Below, piece after piece: positions 17,754-28,195 of a DNA stretch of 64,000 nucleotides (within the stretch, counting starts at the first letter, position 1; the number at the start of each line of letters is the position of its first letter). Made by a program: the position numbers and the translations under genes. The stretch comes from Candidatus Aenigmatarchaeota archaeon (GTDB lineage: Archaea; Aenigmatarchaeota; Aenigmatarchaeia; QMZP01; JAFGSV01), in NCBI GenBank assembly GCA_021163005.1, contig JAGGXP010000020.1, forward strand, positions 164 through 64,163. Reading direction: 5' to 3'. A model generated the notes under the pieces. It was not told the DNA's origin. It ran no database searches and worked only from the letters and a program-made list of their open reading frames with translations.

Positions 17754-18686
17754 CTACACACCCGGATAAGTTATATGAATGAAAGCCAGAAAGCCTATAT
17801 TCATCAGCGGCAGCACGAGCCATGTCATTATTGTGACTATCTCTGACGTGCTGAATCCCATCACATCGCCGCCTATTATGCTCATGGTGGCGAGTGTTGA
17901 AAGAAGGAACAGGGGGGCAGCGACAAGCAAGGCCGTGTATATATCCGCGTATGTGGACAGCGTCTTCAGGTATTTCTCCCTCTTTATCCTGTAGTCGAAA
18001 AGCGCCTTGTCCGACATCTCCTTCAGGTATGCCGAAAGGTTGCCTCCGGTCTCTATTGTGGAGCTTATGCCGAGAAGCACCTCCCTCAGCTCTTTTGAAG
18101 GTGTCTGTGACGCGACTGTCTTCATGGCGGCCACGCTCGATGTCCCGAAGGTCTTTATGTTCTTTACAACCATCTGGGCCTCCTTTGAAATCTCTCCGTA
18201 TTCCTTGAAGCCTGCTATCAGGCTGAACATGAACTCAGGCGGTATGCCTGAAGATGCAGTGGCGGCCATGTGGGTTATGGCGAAGGGGAGGTTGTTGTTT
18301 ATGGATGTAGCCCGGCTCTTGGCCTTCTGGATGGGATATACATAAAATATGAGGAAAGTAAATGACGCGCCAAGTATGGGTATGAAAACCAGCATGATTA
18401 TATACAAAAGCGGGAAGAATTCTACGAAGAATCCGAGTGCTATTACACCTGCAAGCGTCACTATATATGACAGTGCCGTGGTGAAGAATATGACGCTCAC
18501 CCATGTCTTCAGAAGCATGTTTATCCTCGCGCCCCTGAGATGCTGCTTAAGGGGCTCGAAGTTTTCTATGTATTTTTCAACAAGCCATCCAAAAGACACC
18601 TTAGCCAGTTTTTCATATAACGGTAGCATGCCCTTCCTTTGATTATTGGGCTTTTTTATTATTAAGCTTGGTCTGGGACAAACCAT
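17754..18686 (-). CDS. FlaJ/TadB-like polytopic membrane platform protein (N-terminal half)
   Basis: T2SS-F-like. The start is possibly the internal Met at about 18629. Confidence 0.6.
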   Translation of the reverse strand: MVCPRPSLIIKKPNNQRKGMLPLYEKLAKVSFGWLVEKYIENFEPLKQHLRGARINMLLKTWVSVIFFTTALSYIVTLAGVIALGFFVEFFPLLYIIMLVFIPILGASFTFLIFYVYPIQKAKSRATSINNNLPFAITHMAATASSGIPPEFMFSLIAGFKEYGEISKEAQMVVKNIKTFGTSSVAAMKTVASQTPSKELREVLLGISSTIETGGNLSAYLKEMSDKALFDYRIKREKYLKTLSTYADIYTALLVAAPLFLLSTLATMSIIGGDVMGFSTSEIVTIMTWLVLPLMNIGFLAFIHITYPGV

Positions 18687-18712
18687 TTAAATCTGAGCGA
18701 CATCTTTTAGAC

Positions 18713-19741
18713 ATGCTTTCTGCAGACGAACTCATAACTGAAATTTCAGGCAAGTCGGGTAAGAACCCTGACGAAATAAAAAAGATGATAAAAGATAAGC
18801 AGCGCGAGCTCTCGGATCTTGTGTCAGAGGAAGGTGCCGCTTATATAGTCGGACGGGAGCTTGGCGTGGAACTCATAAAGGACACCAAAAGGGAACTCAA
18901 GGTCGCGAACATCGTGCCTGAGATGAGAAATGTAGACATAGTGGCAAGGATAGCCAGCATATTCGAGCCCAGGGAATTTAACAAGAACGGAAAGAAGGGC
19001 ATGGTGTCCAGCATAATACTTTCAGATGAAAGCGGGACCATAAGGCTTCCGCTGTGGAACGATGAGGTTTCCCTGATAGCTTCAAACGGTCTCAAGCAGA
19101 ACGACCTGATTGAGGTCAGCGGCGCGTGGGCAAAAAAAGACACATACAGGGATGGTGTGGAGCTGAGGCTCGGAAAGAGGGGCCGCATAAAGAAACTGGA
19201 AGACGGGCCGGCGCCGGAGCCCGACCTGCCGCATTCAGAGGATTATCCTGTTCCGCCGAAAGAGGCAAAAAGGATGGACATATCCATGCTTTCGCCCGGG
19301 CTGAATGCAATAGTCAAGGGCTGCCTTCTGCAGGTCTACCGCAAGAGACCGTTCTTTGAATCGTGCTCCCAGTGCGGCGGGAGGGTTGAGGAGAAGGACG
19401 GCATCTTCACATGCAAGGAGCACGGCCAGGTGGAACCCAAGTACAACCTCCTGCTCTCGGGCGTGATTGACGACGGCACCGGCAACCTTCGTGTCGTGTT
19501 CTTCAGGGAGCAAGCTGAAAAACTGTTTGGAAAGCCAGTTGAAGAAGTGAAAGCTGAATTCACGGAAAAAGGCCAGGATGCATTCTGGGACGGATTCACG
19601 GGAATCGGGAAGGAGCTTTTGGTAGAGGGGAGGATAAAGAGCAATGAGCTTACGAAAGAGATGGAAATACTCTGCAATAACGTCGAAGAGGTCAACACGA
19701 GGGAAGAAATAAAGAGGCTTCTCAGTGAAGTCGGGCAATAG
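18713..19741 (+). CDS. replication protein A-like ssDNA-binding protein (OB folds + zinc ribbon)
   Basis: OB-fold segments and a CSQCGGRVEEKDGIFTCKEHG Zn ribbon. I placed the start at the ATG at 18713 to avoid overlap with the divergent gene. Confidence 0.65.
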   Translation: MLSADELITEISGKSGKNPDEIKKMIKDKQRELSDLVSEEGAAYIVGRELGVELIKDTKRELKVANIVPEMRNVDIVARIASIFEPREFNKNGKKGMVSSIILSDESGTIRLPLWNDEVSLIASNGLKQNDLIEVSGAWAKKDTYRDGVELRLGKRGRIKKLEDGPAPEPDLPHSEDYPVPPKEAKRMDISMLSPGLNAIVKGCLLQVYRKRPFFESCSQCGGRVEEKDGIFTCKEHGQVEPKYNLLLSGVIDDGTGNLRVVFFREQAEKLFGKPVEEVKAEFTEKGQDAFWDGFTGIGKELLVEGRIKSNELTKEMEILCNNVEEVNTREEIKRLLSEVGQ

Positions 19742-19773
19742 TTGATGGGGTCAAAAACGGCTTCACTGCAAAA

Positions 19774-19782
19774 CTTATAAAA
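19774..19782 (+). promoter_or_regulatory. TATA-box-like CTTATAAAA about 35 nt upstream of radA
   Basis: AT-rich box. A second candidate, GATATAATT, lies at 19791-19799. Confidence 0.3.
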
Positions 19783-19813
19783 CATGGATTGATATAATTG
19801 GTAAGGTTGTTTT

Positions 19814-20752
19814 ATGGCTGAGAATTCGATAGAAAACGTTTCAGGAATCGGGGAAAAGACAGCTGAAAAACTCAGGGAAGCAGGCTTTACTGACCTTATG
19901 AGCATAGCTGCTTCTTCATCAGGTGTCCTTTCTGCAGCAGCCGGCATAGGCAACGACACAGCAGCGAAGATAATAGCAGACGCGAGGGCCAAGCTCAAGA
20001 TGGGTTTTGAACCGGCTACTGAAGTTATGAAAAAAAGGCTGAAGATGGGAAGGATAACCACAGGTTCCAAAGAGCTTGACAAGATGCTGGGAGGCGGCAT
20101 AGAGACGCAGGCCATAACAGAGATGCACGGGGCGTTCGGCTCCGGAAAGTCACAAATCGCTCTCCAGCTCGCGGTGAATGTCCAGCTTCCCAAAGAAAAG
20201 GGCGGGCTTGGCGCGAAGGCGATTTTCATAGACACAGAAGGCACATTCAGGCCCGAGAGAATCAGGCAGATGGCGCAGGGAGCAGGCCTGAATCCGGAAA
20301 AAGCTCTCCAGAACATTTACGTCGCCAAGGCCTACAACAGCGACCATCAGGTAATACTTGCTGAAAAGTCGGAGGAGCTTCTGAAAAAAGGCGATGTGAA
20401 GCTTATCATCGTAGACTCCATAACATCGGCATTCAGGTCCGACTACACAGGCAGGGGCACTCTTGCTGACAGACAGCAGAAGCTTAACAGGCACCTTCAC
20501 CAGCTGCAGAAGATGGCTGATGTTTACAACGCGGCTGTCTACATAACCAACCAGGTCATGTCAAGGCCGGATATTCTTTTCGGCGATCCCACAGCACCCA
20601 TAGGCGGCCATATACTTGGCCACCAGGCGACATTCAGGGTGTACCTCAGAAAGTCAAAGGGTGACAAGAGGATAGGAAGGCTCATAGACTCGCCGTCGCT
20701 GCCCGAAGGCGAGGCAGTATTCAGGGTCACGACAGAAGGCATAAGAGATTGA
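19814..20752 (+). CDS. radA: DNA repair and recombination protein RadA
   Basis: N-terminal HhH ([16 protein letters not shown]) and Walker [10 protein letters not shown]. 312 aa. Confidence 0.9.
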   Translation: MAENSIENVSGIGEKTAEKLREAGFTDLMSIAASSSGVLSAAAGIGNDTAAKIIADARAKLKMGFEPATEVMKKRLKMGRITTGSKELDKMLGGGIETQAITEMHGAFGSGKSQIALQLAVNVQLPKEKGGLGAKAIFIDTEGTFRPERIRQMAQGAGLNPEKALQNIYVAKAYNSDHQVILAEKSEELLKKGDVKLIIVDSITSAFRSDYTGRGTLADRQQKLNRHLHQLQKMADVYNAAVYITNQVMSRPDILFGDPTAPIGGHILGHQATFRVYLRKSKGDKRIGRLIDSPSLPEGEAVFRVTTEGIRD

Positions 20753-20766
20753 TATTTTTCGATACC

Positions 20767-21465
20767 ATGAAACGATCAAATCCCCGTTATAAAATAAAGA
20801 TGAAAGATATTCCTGTGCATGAAAGGCCCAGAGAAAGAATAATAAACAGCGGTGTGTCTTCTCTTAACAATTCGGAACTGTTGTCTGCTATTATAGGTTT
20901 CGGCAGCGGTGATGAGGGAGTAACGGAATTGTCGAACAGAATACTGTCAAAATACAGTCTGGAAAGGCTCGCGCGAGCGAGCGTCGGTGAACTCAATGAA
21001 ATATTTGGTATAAGTGATGCCAAGGCCTGCAGGATAGTAGCTGCCATGGAATTAGGAAGGAGAGCAGCAACCCCAAAATTTGGAAAGCGCATGACTCTGG
21101 ATAATTCCTCTGACGTTGCCGGGATAGTCGTACCTGAGATGCGGAACCTCAACAAAGAAATCCTGAGAGGCATTTATTTGGATTCAAAGAAACACATAAT
21201 AAAGAACGAAGTAATATCGGTTGGCGGACTCAACACCAACAACACACACCCAAGGGATATATTCGGTCCTGCTGTCAGGGAATCTGCAGCTGCCGTCATA
21301 GTAGTGCACAATCATCCTTCAGGAGATCCGACTCCCAGCAAAGGCGACATTGATGCAACGAAGAAGATTGTCAGGGTAGGAAAAATACTTGGTATAGATC
21401 TGCTGGATCATTTAATAATCGGAAAGAATGGATACGTGAGTTTAAGGGAAGAAGGGTTCTTATGA
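20767..21465 (+). CDS. RadC-like JAB/MPN domain protein
   Basis: JAMM motif HNHPSGDPTPSKGD. Confidence 0.8.
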   Translation: MKRSNPRYKIKMKDIPVHERPRERIINSGVSSLNNSELLSAIIGFGSGDEGVTELSNRILSKYSLERLARASVGELNEIFGISDAKACRIVAAMELGRRAATPKFGKRMTLDNSSDVAGIVVPEMRNLNKEILRGIYLDSKKHIIKNEVISVGGLNTNNTHPRDIFGPAVRESAAAVIVVHNHPSGDPTPSKGDIDATKKIVRVGKILGIDLLDHLIIGKNGYVSLREEGFL

Positions 21466-21750
21466 TTGACTCTTCTTCTGAAGTTTCTTAATATCTTCAG
21501 CGAGCCTGAGGGTGCTCTTGCCAACATCTGAAAGCTCATATACGGAAACGGGTCTCCTTCCTATCCTCTCAACATTGACCTTGACGAGGCCAAACTCCTC
21601 GAATTCCTTCAGCCTCTGTGCTCTCATCTTTTCTCCTCCACAGGCAGCAGAAAGGTCCTTGAATCTCTTAGGGGCATCGGCAAGGCTCTTGAGCATTTCA
21701 CGGGAGTATTTCTTGGAAACCAGATTAAGAACGTCCTTTTTCTTTTCCAT
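21460..21750 (-). CDS. small winged-helix transcriptional regulator (HxlR/MarR-like)
   Basis: 96 aa with a wHTH pattern (..FKDLSAACGGEKMRAQRLKEFEEFGLVK..). Confidence 0.5.
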   Translation of the reverse strand: MEKKKDVLNLVSKKYSREMLKSLADAPKRFKDLSAACGGEKMRAQRLKEFEEFGLVKVNVERIGRRPVSVYELSDVGKSTLRLAEDIKKLQKKSQS

Positions 21751-21959
21751 ATATAATTAGAATCCAGAGCTCTAAACTAATCCTTTTCCTAACATAAACA
21801 GTGTAATACTTACCTGATTGTAAAGTATTTAAATGAGTATGCATCAATATTGTTATGGAACAGAACGCACTGCTTTTGAAAAAACTTGTGAAAGAGATTG
21901 CTGCCATAAGGGCAGAACTTGCCGGATTAAGGAAAGACTTGAATAAATGACTGGCAGAA

Positions 21960-22068
21960 AAGGCTTACTGAGCTTCGGATAACTGTTTGCGCTGTCCGAA
22001 CTCATCTTTTCCGTTAACGCTTAACCTTTTTACGGCAGCTTCCGCTTGCACCAAAAGCTTAACGAAAA
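21960..22068. repeat. Intergenic repeat module copy B1
   Basis: Matches 214-332. Hairpin GAGCTTCGGA/TCCGAACTC at 21970-22003. CCAAAAGCTTAACGAAAA at 22051-22068. Confidence 0.75.
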
Positions 22069-22130
22069 TGTTAAGACTTTACCACTGCGCTGCATGTCTC
22101 GGCCAGAAAGCATCCGGGCTGCATTAACAT

Positions 22131-22185
22131 CTGAACCGCAGGGGGCACATCCCCCTTCAGTTCTAAGGTGTTCCTGATTCCCCCT
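22131..22185. repeat. 55-nt structured element (second identical copy)
   Basis: Identical to 2081-2135. Confidence 0.8.
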
Positions 22186-22217
22186 GAAAATGATAGGTTA
22201 ACCACGCCTTTAATGCC

Positions 22218-22300
22218 TCGGTCAGAAAAGGCTGCCGGGCTTCGGATAACTGTTTGCGCTGTCCGAACCCGTATTTTCCGTTAACGCTTTTTGGCAGTAT
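22218..22300. repeat. Intergenic repeat module copy B2
   Basis: Hairpin at 22236-22271 with GGG/CCC replacing GAG/CTC. A GTTTCTGAATG(T/C)CAATTCGGAAAC palindrome occurs at 22408-22436 and matches 433-460. Confidence 0.7.
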
Positions 22301-22617
22301 GGACAGAAAAGGGTTAAGCGGAGAAGGGGATTTCCACACACCTTTTGCCATTTGGTTACAAGACTTCTCTTTGTTGTCAACGGATGTTTCCGTCAACGCT
22401 TTTGTCCGTTTCTGAATGTCAATTCGGAAACAAGGGAACTCATCCTGCTTGTTCCCGAAGCTTGCTTTGGCAAAAGGGTTGTATCGAACCCCTCTGAATC
22501 GGTATCTATCGGTCATCAGCACAAGCCTACCAATACCGCCTGCAGCCGATCGCCTGAACCACTCGGCCATCTCCGCTTGGTATCCTAAATTAATAGGAGG
22601 AGTTTTAAATTAATTAT

Positions 22618-23445
22618 ATGGGCAATTTCGAGAGGATATGCAGTGACATCAAATCCGTGAAGATACAGGGTGCCGAGAATGTGGCCATAGCAGGCATAAA
22701 GGCTTTAATGATTAAGAGCGATGCTGCGTCTATAAAAAAGCTTCTCTCCTTAAGGCCGACGGAGCCGGCGCTCAGGAATGCCGTCAGATTCGCTCGGAAA
22801 GACCCCAAAAACCTCGGGCCAATCGCGCTGAAGCATTTTGAGGTATCGAAGAAAAAGCTGGCTGACTACGGAGCAGAGAAGATTGAGGACGGCATGAATG
22901 TCTTTACCCACTGCCATTCATCAAGCGTAGTTGCCATACTGAAAAAGGCAAAAGAGCAGGGCAAGAAGTTTGAGGTTTACAACACAGAAACAAGGCCGCT
23001 TTTTCAGGGAAGAAAAACAGCAAAGGAGCTGTCATCCATGGGCATCAGGGTGACCCATGTTGTTGATTCCGCAGCGAGGATTGCCCTAAAAGACTGTGAC
23101 ATGTTTCTGTTCGGTGCCGATGCCATAACCAGCGAGGGGAAGGTTGTGAACAAGATAGGGACCGAGATGTTCGCAGAGGTTGCTGAAAAATACGACACAG
23201 ATGTCTATTCATGCACTGACTCGTGGAAATACGACCCCCAGACTGTGTTCGGCAAAAAGGAGCCCATTGAAATAAGGGACGCGGGGGAAGTGTGGCCCGC
23301 CGCGCCGAAAGGTGTCCGTGTCCTGAACCTCGCTTTTGAGAGAGTCAAACCCGAGCTCATAACAGCTGTAATATCTGAACTGGGGGTCCATCCGCCCACT
23401 GTCTTCGTTCAGGAAGTGAGAAGGGTCTACCCGTGGATTGAATAG
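22618..23445 (+). CDS. ribose-1,5-bisphosphate isomerase (e2b2/eIF-2B family)
   Basis: eIF-2B-like fold pattern, and its position immediately upstream of form III RuBisCO and AMP phosphorylase. AGGAGG lies about 16 nt upstream. Confidence 0.7.
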   Translation: MGNFERICSDIKSVKIQGAENVAIAGIKALMIKSDAASIKKLLSLRPTEPALRNAVRFARKDPKNLGPIALKHFEVSKKKLADYGAEKIEDGMNVFTHCHSSSVVAILKKAKEQGKKFEVYNTETRPLFQGRKTAKELSSMGIRVTHVVDSAARIALKDCDMFLFGADAITSEGKVVNKIGTEMFAEVAEKYDTDVYSCTDSWKYDPQTVFGKKEPIEIRDAGEVWPAAPKGVRVLNLAFERVKPELITAVISELGVHPPTVFVQEVRRVYPWIE

Positions 23446-23475
23446 CTTTTATTTGCAGTCCTCCAATATAGTATA

Positions 23476-24741
23476 TTGATAATTATGGGTTACATACAGA
23501 CTGGTTACAGGCCGGACAAGAACGACCTTGTCTGCGAGTTCTATATCGAGCCCGCAAAGGGCTCCACTGTAAAGAAAGCGGCGGAGCACGTGGCTTCCGA
23601 ATCCAGCACAGGCACATGGACTGACGTCGCCACAATGAAGCCGCGTATCAGGAATCTCGGCGCGAAGGTATTTGAGATAAAAGGCAAATGGGTGAAGATT
23701 GCCTATCCGTCCGAGCTGTTCGAGGGCGGCAACATGCCCCAGATATACAGCTCCATAGCCGGCAACATATTCGGAATGAAGATTGTCAGAAACCTAAGGC
23801 TCGAGTCGATGCACTGGCCGAAGAGCATAATGAAATCGTTCAGGGGTCCGATGTTCGGCATACCCGGTGTCAGGAAGCTGCTCAAGGTAAAGAACAGGCC
23901 CCTGCTGGGGACAATAGTAAAGCCGAAACTCGGCCTCAACGAGAAAGAGCATGCAAAGGTCGCTTATGATGCATGGAGAGGAGGGCTCGACATAGTCAAA
24001 GACGACGAGAACCTCTCCAGCATGAAGTTCAACCACTTTGAGAAAAGGGTAAAAGAGACATTAAAGATGAGAGACAGGGCAGAAAGGGAGACCGGAGAGA
24101 GAAAAATGTACATGCCCAACGTGACAGCCGAAAGCCGGGAAATGCTCAGAAGGGCCAGGTTCATCAGGGACAACGGCGGGGAATACATGATGGTTGACAT
24201 AGTCACAGCCGGATGGTCAGGACTTCAGACGCTGAGGGAAGAGAACCAGGACCTGAAGCTTGTCATGCATGCGCACAGGGCCGAACATGCCGCATTCACC
24301 AGGAACCCAAAACACGGCATCTCCATGCTGGTCCTGGCTGAGAGCGCGAGGCTGATAGGTGTGGACCAGATACACATAGGGACTGTTGTCGGGAAGATGG
24401 AAGGGAAAAAAGAGGACGTAATGGACACAGAGGATGAAATCGAGCATCGCATCATAAGGGAACACGGGCACGTGCTTGCCGATGACTGGGGAAGCATCAG
24501 GCCTGTTTTCGCTGTGTGCTCAGGCGGGCTCCATCCCGGACACCTGCCAAAGCTCGTTGCGATACTCGGCACCGACATCATAGCGCAGTTCGGCGGCGGC
24601 TGCCACGGTCATCCCGGAGGAACGGTTAAAGGCGCTGCAGCCATTAGGCAGGCCGCGGAGGCTGTCATGGAGGGCATTGATTTAAAGGAGGCTGGAAAAA
24701 GTAATTATGAACTCAGGGAAGCCTTGAAGAAGTGGTCATGA
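23476..24741 (+). CDS. rbcL: ribulose-1,5-bisphosphate carboxylase large subunit, form III
   Basis: GGLDIVKDDENL, KPKLGL and HAHRA motifs. 421 aa. Confidence 0.85.
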   Translation: MIIMGYIQTGYRPDKNDLVCEFYIEPAKGSTVKKAAEHVASESSTGTWTDVATMKPRIRNLGAKVFEIKGKWVKIAYPSELFEGGNMPQIYSSIAGNIFGMKIVRNLRLESMHWPKSIMKSFRGPMFGIPGVRKLLKVKNRPLLGTIVKPKLGLNEKEHAKVAYDAWRGGLDIVKDDENLSSMKFNHFEKRVKETLKMRDRAERETGERKMYMPNVTAESREMLRRARFIRDNGGEYMMVDIVTAGWSGLQTLREENQDLKLVMHAHRAEHAAFTRNPKHGISMLVLAESARLIGVDQIHIGTVVGKMEGKKEDVMDTEDEIEHRIIREHGHVLADDWGSIRPVFAVCSGGLHPGHLPKLVAILGTDIIAQFGGGCHGHPGGTVKGAAAIRQAAEAVMEGIDLKEAGKSNYELREALKKWS

Positions 24742-26282
24742 TGAAGCTTAAAGTGAAGATCCTTGGTCTTGAGGCCGAGAAGCCGGTCGTTGTAATCAAC
24801 AAATCCGATGCCGAAGAAATAGACGTGAGGCCGCTTGACAGGGTTGACATGACAACAGGCAGGAGAAAGGGGACAGCCATTGTCAATGTTGCCACGCATT
24901 TCATAAGGCCGGGTGAGATAGGGCTTTACAGCGAGATAGCTGACCACATGAAAGCCGCCAACAATGAAACCATCGATGTACTGCCTTCGAACCCGCCGTC
25001 ATCACTCATACACATAAGGGAGAAGCTTGCCGGAAAGCCGCTTGATGAGAAGGGGATGAGAAAAATCGTTGAGGATGCTGTAGCGAGGAAGCTTTCCGAC
25101 ATCGAGATGACGGCGTTCGTCACAGCCCTGTATAATCACGGCATGACGACAACGGAGGTTGCCGCTTTGTCAAAGTCCATGGCGTTCACGGGGAAGACGC
25201 TCGACCTCGGTAAAAAGGAAATATTCGACAAGCATTCAATAGGCGGCGTTCCTGGGGACAAGACATCGATGATGCTCGTTCCCATAATAGGGGCGGCAGG
25301 CCTTACAATACCGAAGACATCCAGCAGGGCCATAACGTCTCCAGCAGGAACAGCCGACAGATTTGAATGTCTTGCGCCTGTTGATCTCAAGCTTGAGGAG
25401 ATAAAGGCTGTGGTTAAAAAAGTGAATGCCTGCCTCGTCTGGGGAGGGGCAGTTGACCTTGCGCCTGCAGATGACCTTTTCATAAAAATAGAGTACCCGT
25501 TGTCGATAGACCCGCTTCTTCTGCCTTCTGTGATGTCGAAGAAGAAGGCGGTAGGCGCGAAGTATCTCGTCATAGACATACCGACCGGAGAAGGCACGAA
25601 AATCAAGAGCACCAAGGAGGCTGAGGTGCTTGCTGAAAAATTCATAGCCCTTGGAAAAAGCCTGGGTATAAAGACTGTCGGTGCCTCTACTTTCGGAGAA
25701 CAGCCAATAGGGCATGCAATAGGACCGGCTCTCGAGGCGCGGGAGGCTCTCTCGACGCTCATGGACGGCAAAGGCCCGGCAGATGTCGTGGACAAGGTAA
25801 CCAACGTTGCCGGCATGCTTCTTGACTTTAAGCTAAGGAAAGGAGGCAAGCAGGAGGCATTGAGGATTCTCAAGACAGGGAAGGCCTACAAAAAGCTCAG
25901 GGAAATAATAGAGGCGCAGGGCGGAAATCCTGACATAAAGCCGGATGACCTCGCTCTTGGCGCAAAGCGCATCGAACTGAAATCATCAGTCAGCGGTGTC
26001 GTTTCATGGATAGACAACAGAGCGATAGTCGAGGTGGCGAGGGCGGCGGGCACGCCGAAGGACAGGGGCTCCGGCATATACATACACAAAAAGATGGGTG
26101 ACAGCGTAAAGAAGGGTGACACGCTTCTAGAGATATACGCCGAGAAGGAATACAAACTTGAGAGGGCGCTGAAAATAACAAAGGAAGTCAGGGTAATGGG
26201 AATCGGCAAGAAGGTTGATATGCTTCTGGAAAAGATACCAAGGATGGTTGAGCATCCGAAATACTTCATACTGGAAAGGTAA
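24741..26282 (+). CDS. AMP phosphorylase (thymidine phosphorylase family)
   Basis: MKLKVKILGLEAEKPVVVIN N-terminus and SIGGVPGDKTSM. ATGA overlap with the rbcL stop. Confidence 0.8.
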   Translation: MKLKVKILGLEAEKPVVVINKSDAEEIDVRPLDRVDMTTGRRKGTAIVNVATHFIRPGEIGLYSEIADHMKAANNETIDVLPSNPPSSLIHIREKLAGKPLDEKGMRKIVEDAVARKLSDIEMTAFVTALYNHGMTTTEVAALSKSMAFTGKTLDLGKKEIFDKHSIGGVPGDKTSMMLVPIIGAAGLTIPKTSSRAITSPAGTADRFECLAPVDLKLEEIKAVVKKVNACLVWGGAVDLAPADDLFIKIEYPLSIDPLLLPSVMSKKKAVGAKYLVIDIPTGEGTKIKSTKEAEVLAEKFIALGKSLGIKTVGASTFGEQPIGHAIGPALEAREALSTLMDGKGPADVVDKVTNVAGMLLDFKLRKGGKQEALRILKTGKAYKKLREIIEAQGGNPDIKPDDLALGAKRIELKSSVSGVVSWIDNRAIVEVARAAGTPKDRGSGIYIHKKMGDSVKKGDTLLEIYAEKEYKLERALKITKEVRVMGIGKKVDMLLEKIPRMVEHPKYFILER

Positions 26283-26286
26283 GCTC

Positions 26287-26682
26287 ATGAAGATTGTTCT
26301 CAAGGCAGTTTTCGGCTCGATAGACAAAGACGGGAATCTGCTGTCAAGGAATGTCAAAGACAAGGATGCTGAATATCTCGCCGAGGTTCTGGACTGGACA
26401 GAGATAGACGGTGTGAGATTCGATGTAAGACCGGGGAACGGCGGGCTTCGTATAGAAATGGGAGGGGGAAAACTCTATCCTGACATCACGCTGAATTACA
26501 CGGAAAAGCTCAATGTTGTCAAGCAGATAGTTCACAAGAGCGAGGATGCAAAGTTCACGTCAAGCGTGCTGAACAAGTTCATAAGGAAATGCACGAAAAT
26601 ACTTAATGATGAGCCCTGCAACCGCGGAAAGGAAACGCCGCCGAACATCGTACTGATAAAGGATGTTGACGTCATTGAATAA
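26287..26682 (+). CDS. hypothetical protein
   Basis: 131 aa starting at the ATG at 26287. No assignment. Confidence 0.4.
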   Translation: MKIVLKAVFGSIDKDGNLLSRNVKDKDAEYLAEVLDWTEIDGVRFDVRPGNGGLRIEMGGGKLYPDITLNYTEKLNVVKQIVHKSEDAKFTSSVLNKFIRKCTKILNDEPCNRGKETPPNIVLIKDVDVIE

Positions 26683-28195
26683 GGCTTGTTCCTGTCATTT
26701 CTTTTGGCTTCTCAAGAGCCATGACATCGAGAACCGTCGGCGCTATGTCTTTCATGCCCCCGTCTGCGACAGCGGCCTTCGGGTTGCCTATTAATGTCAG
26801 CCTTACAGGATTAAGGCCATGAGACGGGTCGGGGCTGCCGTCGTCATAAACCATATGGTCGGCATTGCCGTGGTCAGCCATAAGGAAGGTGGTATATCCC
26901 CGGGAAAGTGCTTTTTTTACGATTCTTCCGATGCATTCATCAACTACCTCGCACGCCTTCACAGCAGCGCTGAAGACACCTGAATGACCCACAAGATCGG
27001 GATTGGCATAGTTGACAAGTATGAAGTCATACCTGCCTATATTTGGGAGCAGCTTTTCTGTTATCTGGTATGCAGACATTTCTGGCTTCTGGTCATATGA
27101 AGCCACCTTCGGCGAGGGTACCATTATCCTGTCTTCACCCTTGTTCGGCTCCTCAATCTGGCTGTTGAAGAAGAAGGTGACATGGGCATATTTCTCAGTT
27201 TCTGCTATTCTCAGCTGCTTCAGGTCTGCAGATGATATGACCTGCCCGAGGTTGTTCTTTACACTCTCCTGCCGGAATGCCACAGGCAGGTGCCATTTAT
27301 CATCGTACGAAGAGAAGCATACATAATGGAGCTTAACGGTTTTGGATGGCCTGACGGGGCAATAAGGCAGGGAGTTTACCATGGCTGTTATCTGCCTTGA
27401 CCTGTCGCTCCTGAAGTTGTACCATATCATTGAATCGCCATTCTCCAGTGTTGCCACAGGCTTCCCCTTCTCCTTTATTACAATGGGCCTGATGTAGTAG
27501 TCGGTCTTGTCACCCCGTTCGTATGCCGCTTTTATACCCTCTTCAGCAGAGGCGGCGCTGAATCCATTGCCCTCAGCCATCATGTCATAGAAGGCGGCAG
27601 TTCTGTCCCAGTTGCCGTCCCTGTCCATGCCGTAGTAGCGACCGGCAAGGCTGGCTATTTTTCCCGTGCCTGTCTCCTTTATCTTTTTGTTAAGCTGCCT
27701 GACAAACCTGAGCGCAGACCTTTCAGGTACATCCCTTCCGTCAAGGCATAGATGTATGAAGACGCGCCTGAAGTTCTGTTTTGCAGCAAGCTCCAGCAGG
27801 GCAAACATGTGCCTTATATCGGCGTGTATGCCCTGATCTGAAAAGAGGCCGGAAATGTGCAGATTGCTTCTGTTCCTCCTGCAGTTTTCGATAGCCTCCA
27901 AAAGCACTTTGTTCCTGAAGAATGAGCCGGATTTTATCTCCCTGTTTATGAGTTCATAGGGCTGCCAGACTATCCTGCCCGCTCCCATGGTCAGATGCCC
28001 GACCTCAGAGCCGCCCTGAACACCTTTGGGATTGCCTACATCATTGCCGGTGCATTTGATGATCGCAGTTGGATAATGCTTTGCATAATAATCATCATTC
28101 GGTGTTTTTGCCTGCAGGACGGCATTGCCCTTCCTTTTCGTGCTGTATCCCCAGCCGTCCCTTACTATCAGCAATACCCTTTTGGCCTTCTTCAC
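26672..28195 (-). CDS. gpmI: 2,3-bisphosphoglycerate-independent phosphoglycerate mutase (bacterial-type GpmI)
   Basis: [12 protein letters not shown]-terminal motif, and the metal-binding [12 protein letters not shown] and ADHGN motifs. I moved the start to the GTG at 28195, where it overlaps the enolase stop as GTGA. Confidence 0.8.
   Translation of the reverse strand: MKKAKRVLLIVRDGWGYSTKRKGNAVLQAKTPNDDYYAKHYPTAIIKCTGNDVGNPKGVQGGSEVGHLTMGAGRIVWQPYELINREIKSGSFFRNKVLLEAIENCRRNRSNLHISGLFSDQGIHADIRHMFALLELAAKQNFRRVFIHLCLDGRDVPERSALRFVRQLNKKIKETGTGKIASLAGRYYGMDRDGNWDRTAAFYDMMAEGNGFSAASAEEGIKAAYERGDKTDYYIRPIVIKEKGKPVATLENGDSMIWYNFRSDRSRQITAMVNSLPYCPVRPSKTVKLHYVCFSSYDDKWHLPVAFRQESVKNNLGQVISSADLKQLRIAETEKYAHVTFFFNSQIEEPNKGEDRIMVPSPKVASYDQKPEMSAYQITEKLLPNIGRYDFILVNYANPDLVGHSGVFSAAVKACEVVDECIGRIVKKALSRGYTTFLMADHGNADHMVYDDGSPDPSHGLNPVRLTLIGNPKAAVADGGMKDIAPTVLDVMALEKPKEMTGTSLIQ

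Noticed and set aside
17751-17756. In-frame TAG between FlaJ halves as pyrrolysine or stop-codon recoding.
   Set aside because: No pyl genes are present or other in-frame TAGs in conserved genes in this window. The ATG immediately after the TAG fits an ordinary two-gene arrangement or a simple nonsense mutation.
1-22617. Direct repeats flanking a ~21-kb segment suggested an integrated element or genomic island bounded by att-like sites.
   Set aside because: The enclosed genes are core housekeeping (CCA enzyme, DnaG, RtcB, S26e, RadA, RPA) with uniform composition. No integrase, transposase or conjugation genes are present. The repeats look like a dispersed family rather than att sites.
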